The notes: generated by a model from the letters alone, not told the origin. Positions 1 through 9,001 are shown, counted from the first letter of the stretch. The stretch is DNA of 24,000 nt from Acutalibacteraceae bacterium (GCA_051881615.1 JBJEQF010000016.1:89547-113546), one strand, 5' to 3'. Made by a program: numbers and translations.

Positions 1-333
1 CCCTGTGATGCAGAGCTTTCCGAAAAGCTCAGAAGTGCTTGCGCTGTTCTTGAAAACACAAGAGCGTTACAGGGCAGAATTGCAACGGGCGATGTTTTTG
101 TATCGGCAAAGGAGAAAAGACTTGCTGTCGGCAATACATTTAACGCTCACGCCTGCGAGATGGAGGGCGGCGCTGTCGGTCAGGTCTGCTACAGAAATGA
201 AGTGCCGTTTGCAATCTTACGCTCAATATCGGACAGCATAGATGAAAACACAGCTATGGACTTTATGCAGTTCAGAGAGTTAGCCGCCGATAATTCAATC
301 AGGGTTATCGCAGAGCTTTTTGACAGCCTTTAA
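1..333 (+). CDS. mtnN: 5'-methylthioadenosine/S-adenosylhomocysteine nucleosidase, C-terminal fragment (5' end lies outside the window)
   Basis: Frame 1 is open from base 1 to the TAA at 331-333. It is absent from the supplied ORF track because it has no start codon in the window. The translation ...GDVFVSAKEKRLAVGNTFNAHACEMEGGAVGQVCYRNEVPFAILRSISDSIDENTAMDFMQFRELAADNSIRVIAELFDSL carries the EMEG-A--QVC and RSISD blocks I recognise from Pfs/MtnN. Confidence 0.8.
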   Translation, partial: PCDAELSEKLRSACAVLENTRALQGRIATGDVFVSAKEKRLAVGNTFNAHACEMEGGAVGQVCYRNEVPFAILRSISDSIDENTAMDFMQFRELAADNSIRVIAELFDSL

Positions 334-1707
334 TGCCTTAGAATATCTGATATGCTTGATTTTTAAAACGCACCCTCTGTGCGTGTAAAGGTAAAGACTG
401 CATTTGCCGCTAAATTCTTGAATTAAGCTTTGCTTAATTGTGACGTACTCTATATATTCCTTTTTGATAAAGCTGTACGTTATATGCAGTCTTTTGTAAA
501 AACAGATTACAGCCGTCCTGCCGCCTATTGCAAGGACGGCTTTTTTGTATGCAAAAATTCTGAAAATAAGCCATACTACACAGACGATAAGAAAAACAAC
601 AGACAAAATCTCAACAGCGACTAAGTGCAAATAAGCGTTTACAACAGCTGACAATAAAATGCAGATAAACGGCAGTGCGGTATAGCCGAACAGCGCATTT
701 TGCGGTCTTGCACAAAAGCAGTTTTCCGTATCAAAGCCTGTGAGCCTTTCAGCACAGCTCAAGGCTTTTTTCGACCTTACGGCAGGCAATAGCAAAAGCT
801 CTTTTTCAGCCTTGTTTTTCGGCAGATTTACATATACTGCGGCAGTTTTCATCAAAAGCAACGCAATGCTCTGTCTGACTGTCACACTGTAGATACTATC
901 TTTTTTCGCTGTAAAGAATAGCCTTTGCAATATTCCGCAGCTAAGAAATATATTTCTGCCGTCACCCTTAACACAAAAGGACGACAGCCTGAAAACCCTG
1001 ACCAAAACGGCAGAAAGCCACGCAAAAATCAGCAAGCCGCCGACTATCCCCAATATAGGCGGTATGCTGACTGCAAAAATATAACGGCTGATGTCTATCT
1101 GCCCAAGCAGAAATTGCTCGTACTCCCTGCCAAAAAGTGTTCCTGCTCTTTTCAGAATAAGCGACACAATCGGTATGCCCGTCAAAAAATCCGACTGAAA
1201 AACACAGGTGATGAGTATCCGCAAAAAGCTCGACCTTTTCTCATACAAAAACCGCTTTTCATTCTCAGCATCTGCAAAAACTCTTTCAAATTCACAGTAA
1301 GCTCTTTTTGACAGGCACAAAACACCTTCTCTCCCTACAGAACAGGCAGGAGAAATAACCGTTACCTTAACGGCAGAAAAAATCCGCTGTAACACCGACT
1401 GACCGGCAAGCAAAAAGCAGTTATTTTTAATAAAAAGCGTATCTGACGTCTTAAACATAAAACGTCTTTTTACAGTCAATATATCACCGTCAAATCGGTA
1501 AAGCGATGTTCTGTATAAATACAATGCTCCTGCAACAACAGCGACTGTCAGCAGAATATTAAGGCTGTAGTCTGCGATTACTTGAGCTATCGTCTGTGGC
1601 TTGATTAAGAGAGTGCGTATAAGCGGAATAATCAGAAGCCACACAGCCTTGGACAGATATTCATAGACGGTAAAGGCGTGAACACGAATAAAGCTGTTAT
1701 TTTTCAT
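295..1707 (-). CDS. YdbT-like membrane protein with repeated bacterial PH (bPH_2) domains
   Basis: 503-aa ORF. The likely true start is the internal ATG at 1707 (MKNNSFIRVHAF...), which overlaps the upstream ydbS-like stop by 11 nt. It has several TM hairpins alternating with soluble segments. Size and the small-then-large gene pairing resemble B. subtilis ydbS-ydbT. Confidence 0.55.
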   Translation of the reverse strand: MKNNSFIRVHAFTVYEYLSKAVWLLIIPLIRTLLIKPQTIAQVIADYSLNILLTVAVVAGALYLYRTSLYRFDGDILTVKRRFMFKTSDTLFIKNNCFLLAGQSVLQRIFSAVKVTVISPACSVGREGVLCLSKRAYCEFERVFADAENEKRFLYEKRSSFLRILITCVFQSDFLTGIPIVSLILKRAGTLFGREYEQFLLGQIDISRYIFAVSIPPILGIVGGLLIFAWLSAVLVRVFRLSSFCVKGDGRNIFLSCGILQRLFFTAKKDSIYSVTVRQSIALLLMKTAAVYVNLPKNKAEKELLLLPAVRSKKALSCAERLTGFDTENCFCARPQNALFGYTALPFICILLSAVVNAYLHLVAVEILSVVFLIVCVVWLIFRIFAYKKAVLAIGGRTAVICFYKRLHITYSFIKKEYIEYVTIKQSLIQEFSGKCSLYLYTHRGCVLKIKHIRYSKALKAVKKLCDNPD

Positions 1708-2086
1708 AGCCGACCGACTTTTCTGATGATAATATCCGCACTGCCTTGGCTGACGTTTTAAGTGAAATTGTCTGAACCTTAAAAAGCCTTTGAAGCGGTG
1801 AGGCAAAATGAGCGACTGCGATTATTCTGCTTTTTTGCATTACCGTTTTGCTTTTTAAAAAAACTCCTTTTTCTATTGTTACCTTGTTATCTGTAGTTCT
1901 GACATTCAGCTTTTTAAAATAAAGCGGAATATAGATAAAAAAGAAAAACACAAAAGCAACCGTCAGAAAAGCTACAGCAAAAAATAAAAATCTTTTGCAA
2001 AAGCACAGCAGTAAAACAAATACTAAGGCTGACAAAATTGCACATCTGATTTGCCACAGCAAAATAAATTTTTTATCATCCGACAT
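1697..2086 (-). CDS. YdbS-like small membrane protein (bPH_2 domain)
   Basis: ORF 1697..2092. The ATG at 2086 sits 7 nt downstream of an AGGGG Shine-Dalgarno; the GTG at 2092 is less likely. An N-terminal TM hairpin is followed by ...VTIEKGVFLKSKTVMQKSRIIAVAHFASPLQRLFKVQTISLKTS, which looks like a bPH_2 motif. Confidence 0.55.
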   Translation of the reverse strand: MSDDKKFILLWQIRCAILSALVFVLLLCFCKRFLFFAVAFLTVAFVFFFFIYIPLYFKKLNVRTTDNKVTIEKGVFLKSKTVMQKSRIIAVAHFASPLQRLFKVQTISLKTSAKAVRILSSEKSVGYEK

Positions 2087-2120
2087 ATCCACACCCCTAC
2101 AAAATACAGGATTACCGCAC

Positions 2121-2149
2121 TTGACAACAAGGTTTATTTTTTGTAAAAT
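2121..2149 (+). promoter_or_regulatory. Sigma-A type promoter for ilvB
   Basis: TTGACA (2121-2126), 17-nt spacer, TAAAAT (2144-2149), about 100 nt upstream of the ilvB start. Confidence 0.45.
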
Positions 2150-2246
2150 AAGTCTAATTAGCCATAGGAAAATTCAGTAATTTAAAGCAACTGTTTTGAT
2201 ATATTTGGCAAAGAATTTTGTCGAAAAACGAAAGGAAGTAATTTTT

Positions 2247-3914
2247 ATGAAGCTTACAGGTGCAGATATAATCTGTGAATGTCTGTTAGAACAGGGTGTA
2301 GACACCGTTTTCGGCTATCCGGGCGGTGCGGCGCTCAATACATATGACGCTCTTTACAAATATTCCGACAGAATAAACCACGTTATGACAGCTCACGAGC
2401 AGGGTGCGGCACACGCCGCTGACGGCTACGCACGTGCAACAGGCAAGGTGGGCGTTGTATTTTCAACCTCGGGACCGGGAGCAACTAACCTTGTAACAGG
2501 TATTGCAACAGCAAACATCGACAGCATACCTGTTGTTGCAATCACAGGCAACGTTTCAAGAGATTTGCTCGGACGTGACAGCTTTCAGGAGGTCAACATT
2601 GTTGACACAGTAAAGCCGATTACAAAGGCAAGCTTTCTTATAGAAAAGCCTGAGGACTTAGCGCCGACCTTGAGAAAAGCGTTTGAAATCGCTCAAACAG
2701 GCAGAAAGGGCGTAGTTCTTGTTGACGTGCCAAAGGATATTACGGCTACTCTGTGCGAATATGAAAAGGCTGCTCCCGTAGTGCCGAAAAATGATTTTGA
2801 TGTAGCAGAGAATATAATTGAAGAAACGGTAAGACTTCTGACAGAGAGCAGAAAACCGTTTATCTATGCAGGCGGCGGTGTAATCAGCGCTGACGCATCA
2901 GACGAATTTGTAAAGTTTGCAGAGCTTCTTGACGCTCCCGTTTGCTCATCTTTAATGGGACTTGGCTGTATTCCTGCAAGTCACAGACTTTCATACGGCA
3001 ACTTGGGTATGCACGGCAGCTACGAAACGGCACAGGCTACAGAAAATGCAGATTTAATAATCGCCTGCGGCGCAAGATTTTCTGACAGAGTAGCAGGCGA
3101 CAGAGAAAAATTCGGCGAAAACGCAACAGTTATTCAGTTTGATATCGATAAAAACGAGATACACAAAAACGTTAAGGTAAACAACTGGGTTCTGGGCGAT
3201 ATAAAAGAAACGCTCAAAGAGATTAACAGCCGACTTGCACAGCAGAATCATTCGCAGTGGCTCAGTCAGATAGATAAGTGGAAAAGCGAAGTGCCTGCAA
3301 AAACAGAAAGCAGTGACGGCTTTGTTACACCGTATGAGATTTTACAGGCTGTAAACAAAATCAAGTCAGACAGCGACATAGTTGCAACAGACGTAGGCCA
3401 GCACCAGATGTGGGTTGCACAGTATGCAAATATCGAACAGCCTCGCACACTGCTCACCTCGGGCGGTATGGGTACTATGGGCTACGGTATGGGCGCAGCT
3501 ATAGGCGGACAGCTTGCTAAGCCTGACGGCAGAACAATTCTTATAACGGGCGACGGCAGCTTCCATATGAATTTAAACGAGCTTGTAACGCTTAAATCCT
3601 ACAATCTGCCTGTTATGGTAGTTGTTATGAACAATACTGTTTTAGGTATGGTTCGCCAGTGGCAAAAGCTCTTCTACGGCGCAAGATTTTCACAGACAGA
3701 CCCTCACAGAGCAACAGATTTTGTTGCGCTTGCCAATGCCTTCGGCATAGAGGGTATGAGAATTACAAAGCCAGACGAGGTTTATGACGTGCTGAAAAAG
3801 GCATACGACTTAAACGCTCCCGTTGTAGTTGACTGTGCAATAAGTCCCGACGAAAACGTACTGCCGATGATTCCCCCCGGAAAGCCGGCAAGAGATATTG
3901 TGCTTGATATGTAA
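2247..3914 (+). CDS. ilvB: Acetolactate synthase (acetohydroxyacid synthase) large catalytic subunit, ThDP-dependent
   Basis: ATG at 2247 is preceded by AAAGGAAG. MKLTGADIICECLLEQGVDTVFGYPGGAALNTYDAL..., the HEQGAAHAADGYARATGKVGV block and the C-terminal GGMGTMGYGMGAAIGG...ITGDGSF ThDP-binding motif are all present. No small-subunit (ilvN/ilvH) gene follows. Confidence 0.92.
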   Translation: MKLTGADIICECLLEQGVDTVFGYPGGAALNTYDALYKYSDRINHVMTAHEQGAAHAADGYARATGKVGVVFSTSGPGATNLVTGIATANIDSIPVVAITGNVSRDLLGRDSFQEVNIVDTVKPITKASFLIEKPEDLAPTLRKAFEIAQTGRKGVVLVDVPKDITATLCEYEKAAPVVPKNDFDVAENIIEETVRLLTESRKPFIYAGGGVISADASDEFVKFAELLDAPVCSSLMGLGCIPASHRLSYGNLGMHGSYETAQATENADLIIACGARFSDRVAGDREKFGENATVIQFDIDKNEIHKNVKVNNWVLGDIKETLKEINSRLAQQNHSQWLSQIDKWKSEVPAKTESSDGFVTPYEILQAVNKIKSDSDIVATDVGQHQMWVAQYANIEQPRTLLTSGGMGTMGYGMGAAIGGQLAKPDGRTILITGDGSFHMNLNELVTLKSYNLPVMVVVMNNTVLGMVRQWQKLFYGARFSQTDPHRATDFVALANAFGIEGMRITKPDEVYDVLKKAYDLNAPVVVDCAISPDENVLPMIPPGKPARDIVLDM

Positions 3915-3941
3915 TTGTAAAAATGGGTTTGTCAAAATAAT

Positions 3942-4036
3942 CGGCGGAATATGCAGGCTTTCTTGTGTAAAGCCGCCGTAATTATTCATTATTCATTCTT
4001 CATCATTCATTATTCATTAAATTAAGTATTACACAA
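3942..4036. repeat. Intergenic repeat element, copy 1: hairpin, five tandem heptamers, short inverted repeats
   Basis: CGGCGG...GGCTTT-CTTGTGT-AAAGCCGCCG hairpin (3942-3978). TAATT then ATTCATT ATTCATT CTTCATC ATTCATT ATTCATT (3984-4018). TTGTGTAA (3963-3970) is inverted relative to TTACACAA (4029-4036). A paralogue lies at 8464-8627. Confidence 0.6.
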
Positions 4037-4048
4037 TATTTTTAATTA

Positions 4049-4084
4049 AAATAAAAAACAGGGCGGTGCTGTGCGGCACCGCCT
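4049..4084 (-). terminator. Rho-independent terminator of the LRR-dockerin gene (usable in both directions)
   Basis: GGCGGTGC (4062-4069) pairs with GCACCGCC (4076-4083). On the minus strand a TTTTTTATTTT run follows the stem. Confidence 0.65.
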
Positions 4085-4098
4085 TTAGTTCTAAATAC

Positions 4099-6390
4099 TT
4101 ATTTTTCTGCCAGATACATCTGAATTGCCGTTGCGTCTTTTATGTTGACCTCGCCGTCAGAATTTACATCGGCTGATTTACACTGCTCTTCTGTAAGTGT
4201 AACAAGTGATGCAACAGACTTTTGTATTACCGTAACATCATTTATATTGATTTTACCGTCACCGTTGACGTCGCCCAAAGCATCAGTTGCAGGCTTTTCT
4301 GCCGTATCGATAAATATAAATCCGTTGCTGTTTGCATATTTTTCAGCCGCTGTGCCTGAGGTTCCCCTGATTGTAAAGCCGTCAATCCTCCTTCGTGAAG
4401 GGAATTTTGTATACCCAAATGCAAGATCACCGATAGCAGTAACACTGTCGGGGATTGTTACTCTTTTAAGGCTTTCACACTCGTCAAAGGCATAACTGCC
4501 GATTTGTTCAACTCCCTCGGGAATTGTAACGTCCGACAGCCTTTGGCAATCAGAGAACGCATATCTGTCGATTACCGTAACGGCAGAGGGGATTTTTATA
4601 CTTTCAAGACTTTTGCAGCCTGAAAACGCAAATCCGCCAATGTCTGTAACACCGTCGCCCATTTCCACATTCTTTAGACTTTCACAGACACAAAATGCTC
4701 CATAGCTGATTTTTGTTACGCCGTTGGGGAGCTTTATGCTTTCAAGACTTTTGCAGTCGCAAAACGCACTTTCGCCAATATCTGTAACGCTGTCGGGGAT
4801 TTTAATGCGTGAAAGACTTCGACACCTAAAAAATGCATAGTCGCCAATCTTTTTAACGCCGTCAGGGATAACTGCGTCTGTAAGTTTTATACATCCGTAA
4901 AATACGCCATCGGCGATATTTGTAATCTGCTTTGGCATTGTAACAGCCTCAAGGCTTATACAGTTTTCAAACGCAAGGCTGCCGATGCTTATAACGCTGT
5001 CAGGGATTGTTATGCTTTTAAGGCTTTCACACTCTTCAAAGGCATATCTGCCTACTACCGTAACGGCAGAAGGGATTATTATTCTTTCAAGGCTTTTGCA
5101 GCCTGAAAACGCATATTCGCCAATTACTGTAACACCGTCGCCCATTTCCACATTCTTTAGATCTTCACAGTCACCAAATGTTCCGTCGCTGATTTTTGTT
5201 ACGCCGTTGGGGAGCTTTATGCTTTCTAAACTTTTGCAACTGCAAAACGCACTTTCGCCAATATCTGTAACACTGTCGGGGATTTTAATGCGTGAAAGAC
5301 TGCTACACCAAAAAAATGCATAGTCGCCAATCTTTTTAACGCCGTCAGGGATAACTGCGTCTGTAAGTTTTATACATCCGGAAAATGCACCATATGCGAT
5401 ATTTGTAATATACTTTGGCATTGTAACAGCCTTAAGGTTTATACAGTTTTCAAATGCAAGGTAGCCGATGCTTGTAACGCTGTCGGGTATGTTTATGCTT
5501 TCGAGGTTTTCGCAGTTTGAAAATGCAAACCTACCAATGCTTACGGCGCTGTCGGGAATTACAACGCTAACAAGCGTTTTGCAATCTGCAAAGGCTAACT
5601 CAACAATGCTCTTGGTACCGTCCTTAATTGTTATCTCTGAATTCTCAGGCATTTCCCCCTTGTATTTGTAAGCAAACCCTCCGGCATAAACTACACCGTC
5701 AGGCTGATTGTTATACCACTTCGTATTGTAAAAAGCGGCACCGTCGATACGTGTAACGCTGTCGGGTATGTTTATGCTTTCGAGATTTTCGCAGTCTGAA
5801 AACGCAGCCGTACCAATGCTTACAACGCTGTCGGGGATTTCTACGCTTACAAGATTTTTGCAGTCATCAAAAGCACAGTCGCCAATCTCTGTAATGCCGT
5901 TAGGGATAGAATATGATGCGTATGCCTTAGGAAGCATTACGATTGTATCCTTTTGCTTGTTAAAAAGCACGCCGCCCTCTGAAGTATAATTATCGTTATT
6001 GATTACATTTATGCTTTTAAGATTTGAACATCCTTTAAAAGCATATTCATCTACACTTGTAACGCTGTCGGGGATTGTTACGCTCGTAAGTTCTGTGTGA
6101 CCGAAAAAAGCAAAACTACTGATCATTTTAACCGTTTTGCCGTCAAGCTCTGACGGAATTGTAAGCTCAGCCGCATTTCCTGTGTAGCCTATGATTTCTA
6201 TAGTACCGTCCTTAAGTATTTGATAAAGAAAGTCGCCGCTCGAAAAAGGTTCTCCTCTGGAACCCGTCTGTGCACTGCCAAAATTTGATACCTCATTTGC
6301 CGAGGCTGTCAGCGGCACCGATACCGCCGTGCTTAACAGCATAAGTGCAGAAAGTAAAACTGAAGCTAAGCGTTTTGATTTTATCATCAT
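4099..6390 (-). CDS. Secreted BspA-like leucine-rich-repeat protein with C-terminal type I dockerin (cellulosome/amylosome-associated)
   Basis: AAGGAGAGG is followed 5 nt later by the ATG at 6390. The signal peptide is MMIKSKRLASVLLSALMLLSTAVSVPLTASA. There are more than 20 LRR units of ~23 aa (IPDSVTSIG--AF--C-SL). The C-terminus has duplicated Ca-binding dockerin segments, DVNGDGKININD and DVNSDGEVNIKD. Confidence 0.88.
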   Translation of the reverse strand: MMIKSKRLASVLLSALMLLSTAVSVPLTASANEVSNFGSAQTGSRGEPFSSGDFLYQILKDGTIEIIGYTGNAAELTIPSELDGKTVKMISSFAFFGHTELTSVTIPDSVTSVDEYAFKGCSNLKSINVINNDNYTSEGGVLFNKQKDTIVMLPKAYASYSIPNGITEIGDCAFDDCKNLVSVEIPDSVVSIGTAAFSDCENLESINIPDSVTRIDGAAFYNTKWYNNQPDGVVYAGGFAYKYKGEMPENSEITIKDGTKSIVELAFADCKTLVSVVIPDSAVSIGRFAFSNCENLESINIPDSVTSIGYLAFENCINLKAVTMPKYITNIAYGAFSGCIKLTDAVIPDGVKKIGDYAFFWCSSLSRIKIPDSVTDIGESAFCSCKSLESIKLPNGVTKISDGTFGDCEDLKNVEMGDGVTVIGEYAFSGCKSLERIIIPSAVTVVGRYAFEECESLKSITIPDSVISIGSLAFENCISLEAVTMPKQITNIADGVFYGCIKLTDAVIPDGVKKIGDYAFFRCRSLSRIKIPDSVTDIGESAFCDCKSLESIKLPNGVTKISYGAFCVCESLKNVEMGDGVTDIGGFAFSGCKSLESIKIPSAVTVIDRYAFSDCQRLSDVTIPEGVEQIGSYAFDECESLKRVTIPDSVTAIGDLAFGYTKFPSRRRIDGFTIRGTSGTAAEKYANSNGFIFIDTAEKPATDALGDVNGDGKININDVTVIQKSVASLVTLTEEQCKSADVNSDGEVNIKDATAIQMYLAEK
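4525..5490 (-). repeat. Intragenic tandem duplication, 2 x 483 bp (161 aa, 7 LRR units each)
   Basis: 4525-5007 aligns with 5008-5490 at a constant 483-nt offset. For example, 4741 ttcaagacttttgcagtcgcaaaacgcactttcgccaatatctgtaacgc matches 5224 ttctaaacttttgcaactgcaaaacgcactttcgccaatatctgtaacac. Identity is roughly 90% by eye. Confidence 0.85.
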
Positions 6391-6480
6391 ATCAACCTCT
6401 CCTTGCATTTAATGAGTATTTTTACGCTTTCACCATATATACAACTCAGCCTGTCAAAATTTTACACCTGCTGAAAATTT

Positions 6481-6520
6481 TTTAAAAAACACCCGAACTG
6501 CACAGTATGCCGTTCGGGTG
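6481..6520 (-). terminator. Rho-independent terminator of lepA
   Basis: CACCCGAAC (6490-6498) pairs with GTTCGGGTG (6512-6520). On the minus strand the stem is followed by TTTTTTAAA. Confidence 0.7.
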
Positions 6521-6536
6521 TCTGATATCTTCTGTT

Positions 6537-8348
6537 TTAGTCTGTATCAAGCTTAAGCACCGCCATAAACGCCTCCTGCGGTACTTCAACAGTGCCGAGC
6601 TGGCGCATACGCTTTTTGCCCTCCTTTTGCTTTTCAAGGAGCTTTTTCTTTCGTGTAATATCGCCGCCGTAGCACTTTGCAAGAACGTCCTTGCGCATAG
6701 CCTTTACCGTTTCTCTTGCGATTATCTTACCGCCGATACAAGCCTGAATAGGAACCTCAAAAAGCTGGCGCGGGATTTTCTCTTTCAGCTTTTCTGCCAT
6801 TTTTCTTGCTCTGCCGTAAGCCTTGTCTGCGTGAATGATAAACGACAGTGCGTCAACAACGTCACCGTTTAGCATTATATCAAGCTTTACGAGCTTGCTC
6901 TCGGCGTAGTCCTTAAGCTCATAGTCAAAGGACGCATAGCCCCTTGTGCGTGATTTGAGCGTGTCAAAGAAATCGTAGATAATCTCTGCAAGCGGAAGCT
7001 CGTAGTGAATATCAACTCTGTCAGAGTCGATGTACTCCATTCCGATAAACACTCCTCGCCTGTCCTGACAAAGCTCCATAATGTTGCCTACATATTCGGA
7101 CGGAGCGAAAATGTGCGCATTCGTCATAGGCTCCTCTGCCTTTGCGATAAGAGCCGGATCGGGGTAGCTTGTGGGGTTGTCTATCATCTCGACAGTGCCG
7201 TCAGTCTTTGTGATTCTGTAGCTAACGCTCGGCGCAGTCGTGATAAGGTCAAGGTTATATTCTCTTTCAAGTCGCTCCTGAATAATTTCCATATGCAAAA
7301 GTCCTAAAAATCCGCATCTGTAGCCAAAGCCTAAAGCAACAGACGTTTCAGGCTCATAGGAAAGCGAAGCGTCATTTAATTTGAGCTTATCGAGCGCATC
7401 ACGCAAATCGCCGTACTTTGCGCCGTCAACAGGATAAATACCGCAGAACACCATCGGCTGTGCCTCTCGGTAGCCCGGCAGCGGCTCGGGCGCAGGATTT
7501 TTTGTAAGCGTTACGGTGTCGCCCACCTGAGCGTCAGACAGCGACTTGATAGAGGCGGCTATATAGCCTACCTCGCCTGCGTACAGACCGTCACAGGGGT
7601 CAAGGCTTGTCGCACGAAGATAGCCGCACTCGACAACAGAGAAAACAGAGCCTGTAGCCATAAGCCTGAACTCGTCGCCGGGGTGAATCTGTCCGTCCTT
7701 TACTCTTACGTATATGATAACTCCCTTGTAGGAGTCGTAGTAGCTGTCAAAAATAAGCGCACGAAGCGGAGCGTTTATATCGCCTGTCGGGGCGGGAATA
7801 TCTGTTACAACCTTTTCAAGAACACTGCGGATATTCACGCCCGTTTTTGCCGAAACTCTCGGTGCGTCCTGTGCAGGAATACCGATTATGTCCTCAATTT
7901 CATTGATAACCCTGTCGGGGTCGGCAGACGGTAAATCAATCTTGTTGACAACAGGCACTACCTCAAGACCGCCGTCAACGGCAAGGTATGTGTTTGCAAG
8001 CGTCTGCGCTTCTATTCCCTGACTTGCGTCAACAACGAGGATTGCACCCTCGCAGGCGGCAAGGCTTCTTGACACCTCATAGTTAAAGTCAACGTGTCCC
8101 GGTGTGTCAATAAGGTTAAACAGGTATGTTTCGCCGTCATCTGCCTTGTACTCAAGCGTTACTGCGTGTGCCTTGATTGTAATGCCACGCTCACGCTCAA
8201 GCTCCATATCGTCAAGCAGCTGATCCTCCATATCCCTTTTTGCAACAGACTCCGTCTGCTCTAATATTCTGTCGGCAAGCGTTGATTTACCGTGGTCTAT
8301 GTGAGCAATTATGCTGAAATTTCTGATTTTATCTTGCGGAAAAATCAT
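6537..8348 (-). CDS. lepA: Translation elongation factor 4 (LepA/EF4) GTPase
   Basis: The start is reassigned to the ATG at 8348, preceded by [52 protein letters not shown] and the LepA-specific C-terminal domain ending ...[29 protein letters not shown] are all present. Confidence 0.95.
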   Translation of the reverse strand: MIFPQDKIRNFSIIAHIDHGKSTLADRILEQTESVAKRDMEDQLLDDMELERERGITIKAHAVTLEYKADDGETYLFNLIDTPGHVDFNYEVSRSLAACEGAILVVDASQGIEAQTLANTYLAVDGGLEVVPVVNKIDLPSADPDRVINEIEDIIGIPAQDAPRVSAKTGVNIRSVLEKVVTDIPAPTGDINAPLRALIFDSYYDSYKGVIIYVRVKDGQIHPGDEFRLMATGSVFSVVECGYLRATSLDPCDGLYAGEVGYIAASIKSLSDAQVGDTVTLTKNPAPEPLPGYREAQPMVFCGIYPVDGAKYGDLRDALDKLKLNDASLSYEPETSVALGFGYRCGFLGLLHMEIIQERLEREYNLDLITTAPSVSYRITKTDGTVEMIDNPTSYPDPALIAKAEEPMTNAHIFAPSEYVGNIMELCQDRRGVFIGMEYIDSDRVDIHYELPLAEIIYDFFDTLKSRTRGYASFDYELKDYAESKLVKLDIMLNGDVVDALSFIIHADKAYGRARKMAEKLKEKIPRQLFEVPIQACIGGKIIARETVKAMRKDVLAKCYGGDITRKKKLLEKQKEGKKRMRQLGTVEVPQEAFMAVLKLDTD

Positions 8349-8388
8349 TTTATGCACCTCCGCTGTGTATTTTTGTAATATCACTGCT

Positions 8389-8417
8389 ATTGTACCATAA
8401 AATTTTATATCAATCAA
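8389..8417 (-). promoter_or_regulatory. Extended -10 promoter for lepA
   Basis: On the minus strand: TTGATT (8417-8412), 17-nt spacer, TGgTACAAT (-10 at 8394-8389). Confidence 0.45.
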
Positions 8418-8463
8418 ATATTTTTTGCAGGTTCTAATGCAAATGTTGGGGTATCCGTAGGCT

Positions 8464-8627
8464 CCCTTGTGTAAAAGGTGAGGCTTTTATGTGCTGTATT
8501 ATATTTTTGTTTTCTTGATTAAATTCATCTTTATCGCCATAATTATTCATTTTTCATCATTCATCATTCATTATTCATTTAAAGAAATTTTCCACAAAAA
8601 GCCTCACTTTACACAGTGGAGGCTTTC
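8464..8627. repeat. Intergenic repeat element, copy 2: long inverted repeats flanking five tandem heptamers
   Basis: CTTGTGTAAAAGGTGAGGCTTTT (8466-8488) is inverted relative to AAAAGCCTCACTTTACACAG (8597-8616). Between them: CCATAATT then ATTCATT TTTCATC ATTCATC ATTCATT ATTCATT (8545-8579). The right arm also folds locally as AAAGCCTCAC-TTTACACA-GTGGAGGCTTT. Confidence 0.6.
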
Positions 8628-8678
8628 TGTATCGGCAAAATTAATTTATACACAACATATGAAATAGAACATTTTTGT

Positions 8679-8708
8679 AAAACAAAAAAGCAAGGCAAAT
8701 GCCCTGCT
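8679..8708 (-). terminator. Rho-independent terminator of rpsT
   Basis: On the minus strand: AGCAGGGC-ATTT-GCCTTGCT followed by TTTTTTGTTTT, about 30 nt after the rpsT stop. Confidence 0.65.
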
Positions 8709-8740
8709 TTTAAGGTTTTAGCTAAAATCTTAAATTTTAA

Positions 8741-9001
8741 TTACGCAGAAGCGTTAAGTCTTTTTGCAAGTGCAGATTTGCTTCTTGCAGCTGTGTTCTT
8801 GTGCATAATGCCCTTAGCTGCTGCTTGATCTATCTTCTTCATAGCAAGACTAACTGCCTCAGCCTTGTTAGCTGCATTGGTATCAATAGCGATGTACGCT
8901 TTCTTTACAGTAGTTCTTAAGTTAGATTTGATAGCCTTGTTCTGTGCAGTTTTAGTAGCAATAACCTTAACACGCTTTTTAGCTGACTTAATGTTTGGCA
9001 T
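8741..9001 (-). CDS. rpsT: 30S ribosomal protein S20
   Basis: ATG at 9001 is preceded by GGAGGTGGGAC. MPNIKSAKKRVKVIATKTAQNKAIKSNLRTTVKK... is a typical S20. Confidence 0.92.
   Translation of the reverse strand: MPNIKSAKKRVKVIATKTAQNKAIKSNLRTTVKKAYIAIDTNAANKAEAVSLAMKKIDQAAAKGIMHKNTAARSKSALAKRLNASA

Noticed and set aside
5-241. 78-aa ORF on the plus strand listed in the ORF track
   Set aside because: It is an alternative frame of the same strand as the mtnN fragment. Frame 1 gives a clean Pfs/MtnN C-terminus running to the TAA at 331-333, while the 78-aa translation is Arg/Leu-rich with no recognisable features.
925-1311. 128-aa plus-strand ORF, together with 430..624 on the plus strand
   Set aside because: Both are antisense to the YdbT-like gene, with a low-complexity basic composition and no ribosome-binding site.
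3915-4098. Looked for an ilvN/ilvH small-subunit gene after ilvB
   Set aside because: Only 184 nt of non-coding repeat and terminator sequence follow before the convergent LRR gene. The small subunit must be encoded elsewhere or be absent. This is not unusual enough to report as a finding.
4142-5989. Four plus-strand ORFs (4142..4495, 4985..5323, 5468..5671, 5768..5989) with repetitive LSGI/LSRL sequences
   Set aside because: They are antisense shadows of the LRR repeats in the 4099..6390 minus-strand gene. Their periodicity mirrors the LRR period, and they lack Shine-Dalgarno sequences.
6507-7934. Plus-strand ORFs 6507..6872, 7005..7307 and 7683..7934
   Set aside because: All are antisense to lepA, a highly conserved gene with intact motifs. 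There are no start signals.
8616-8828. 70-aa plus-strand ORF spanning the rpsT 3' end
   Set aside because: It runs through two terminator hairpins and overlaps rpsT antisense. It has no Shine-Dalgarno.
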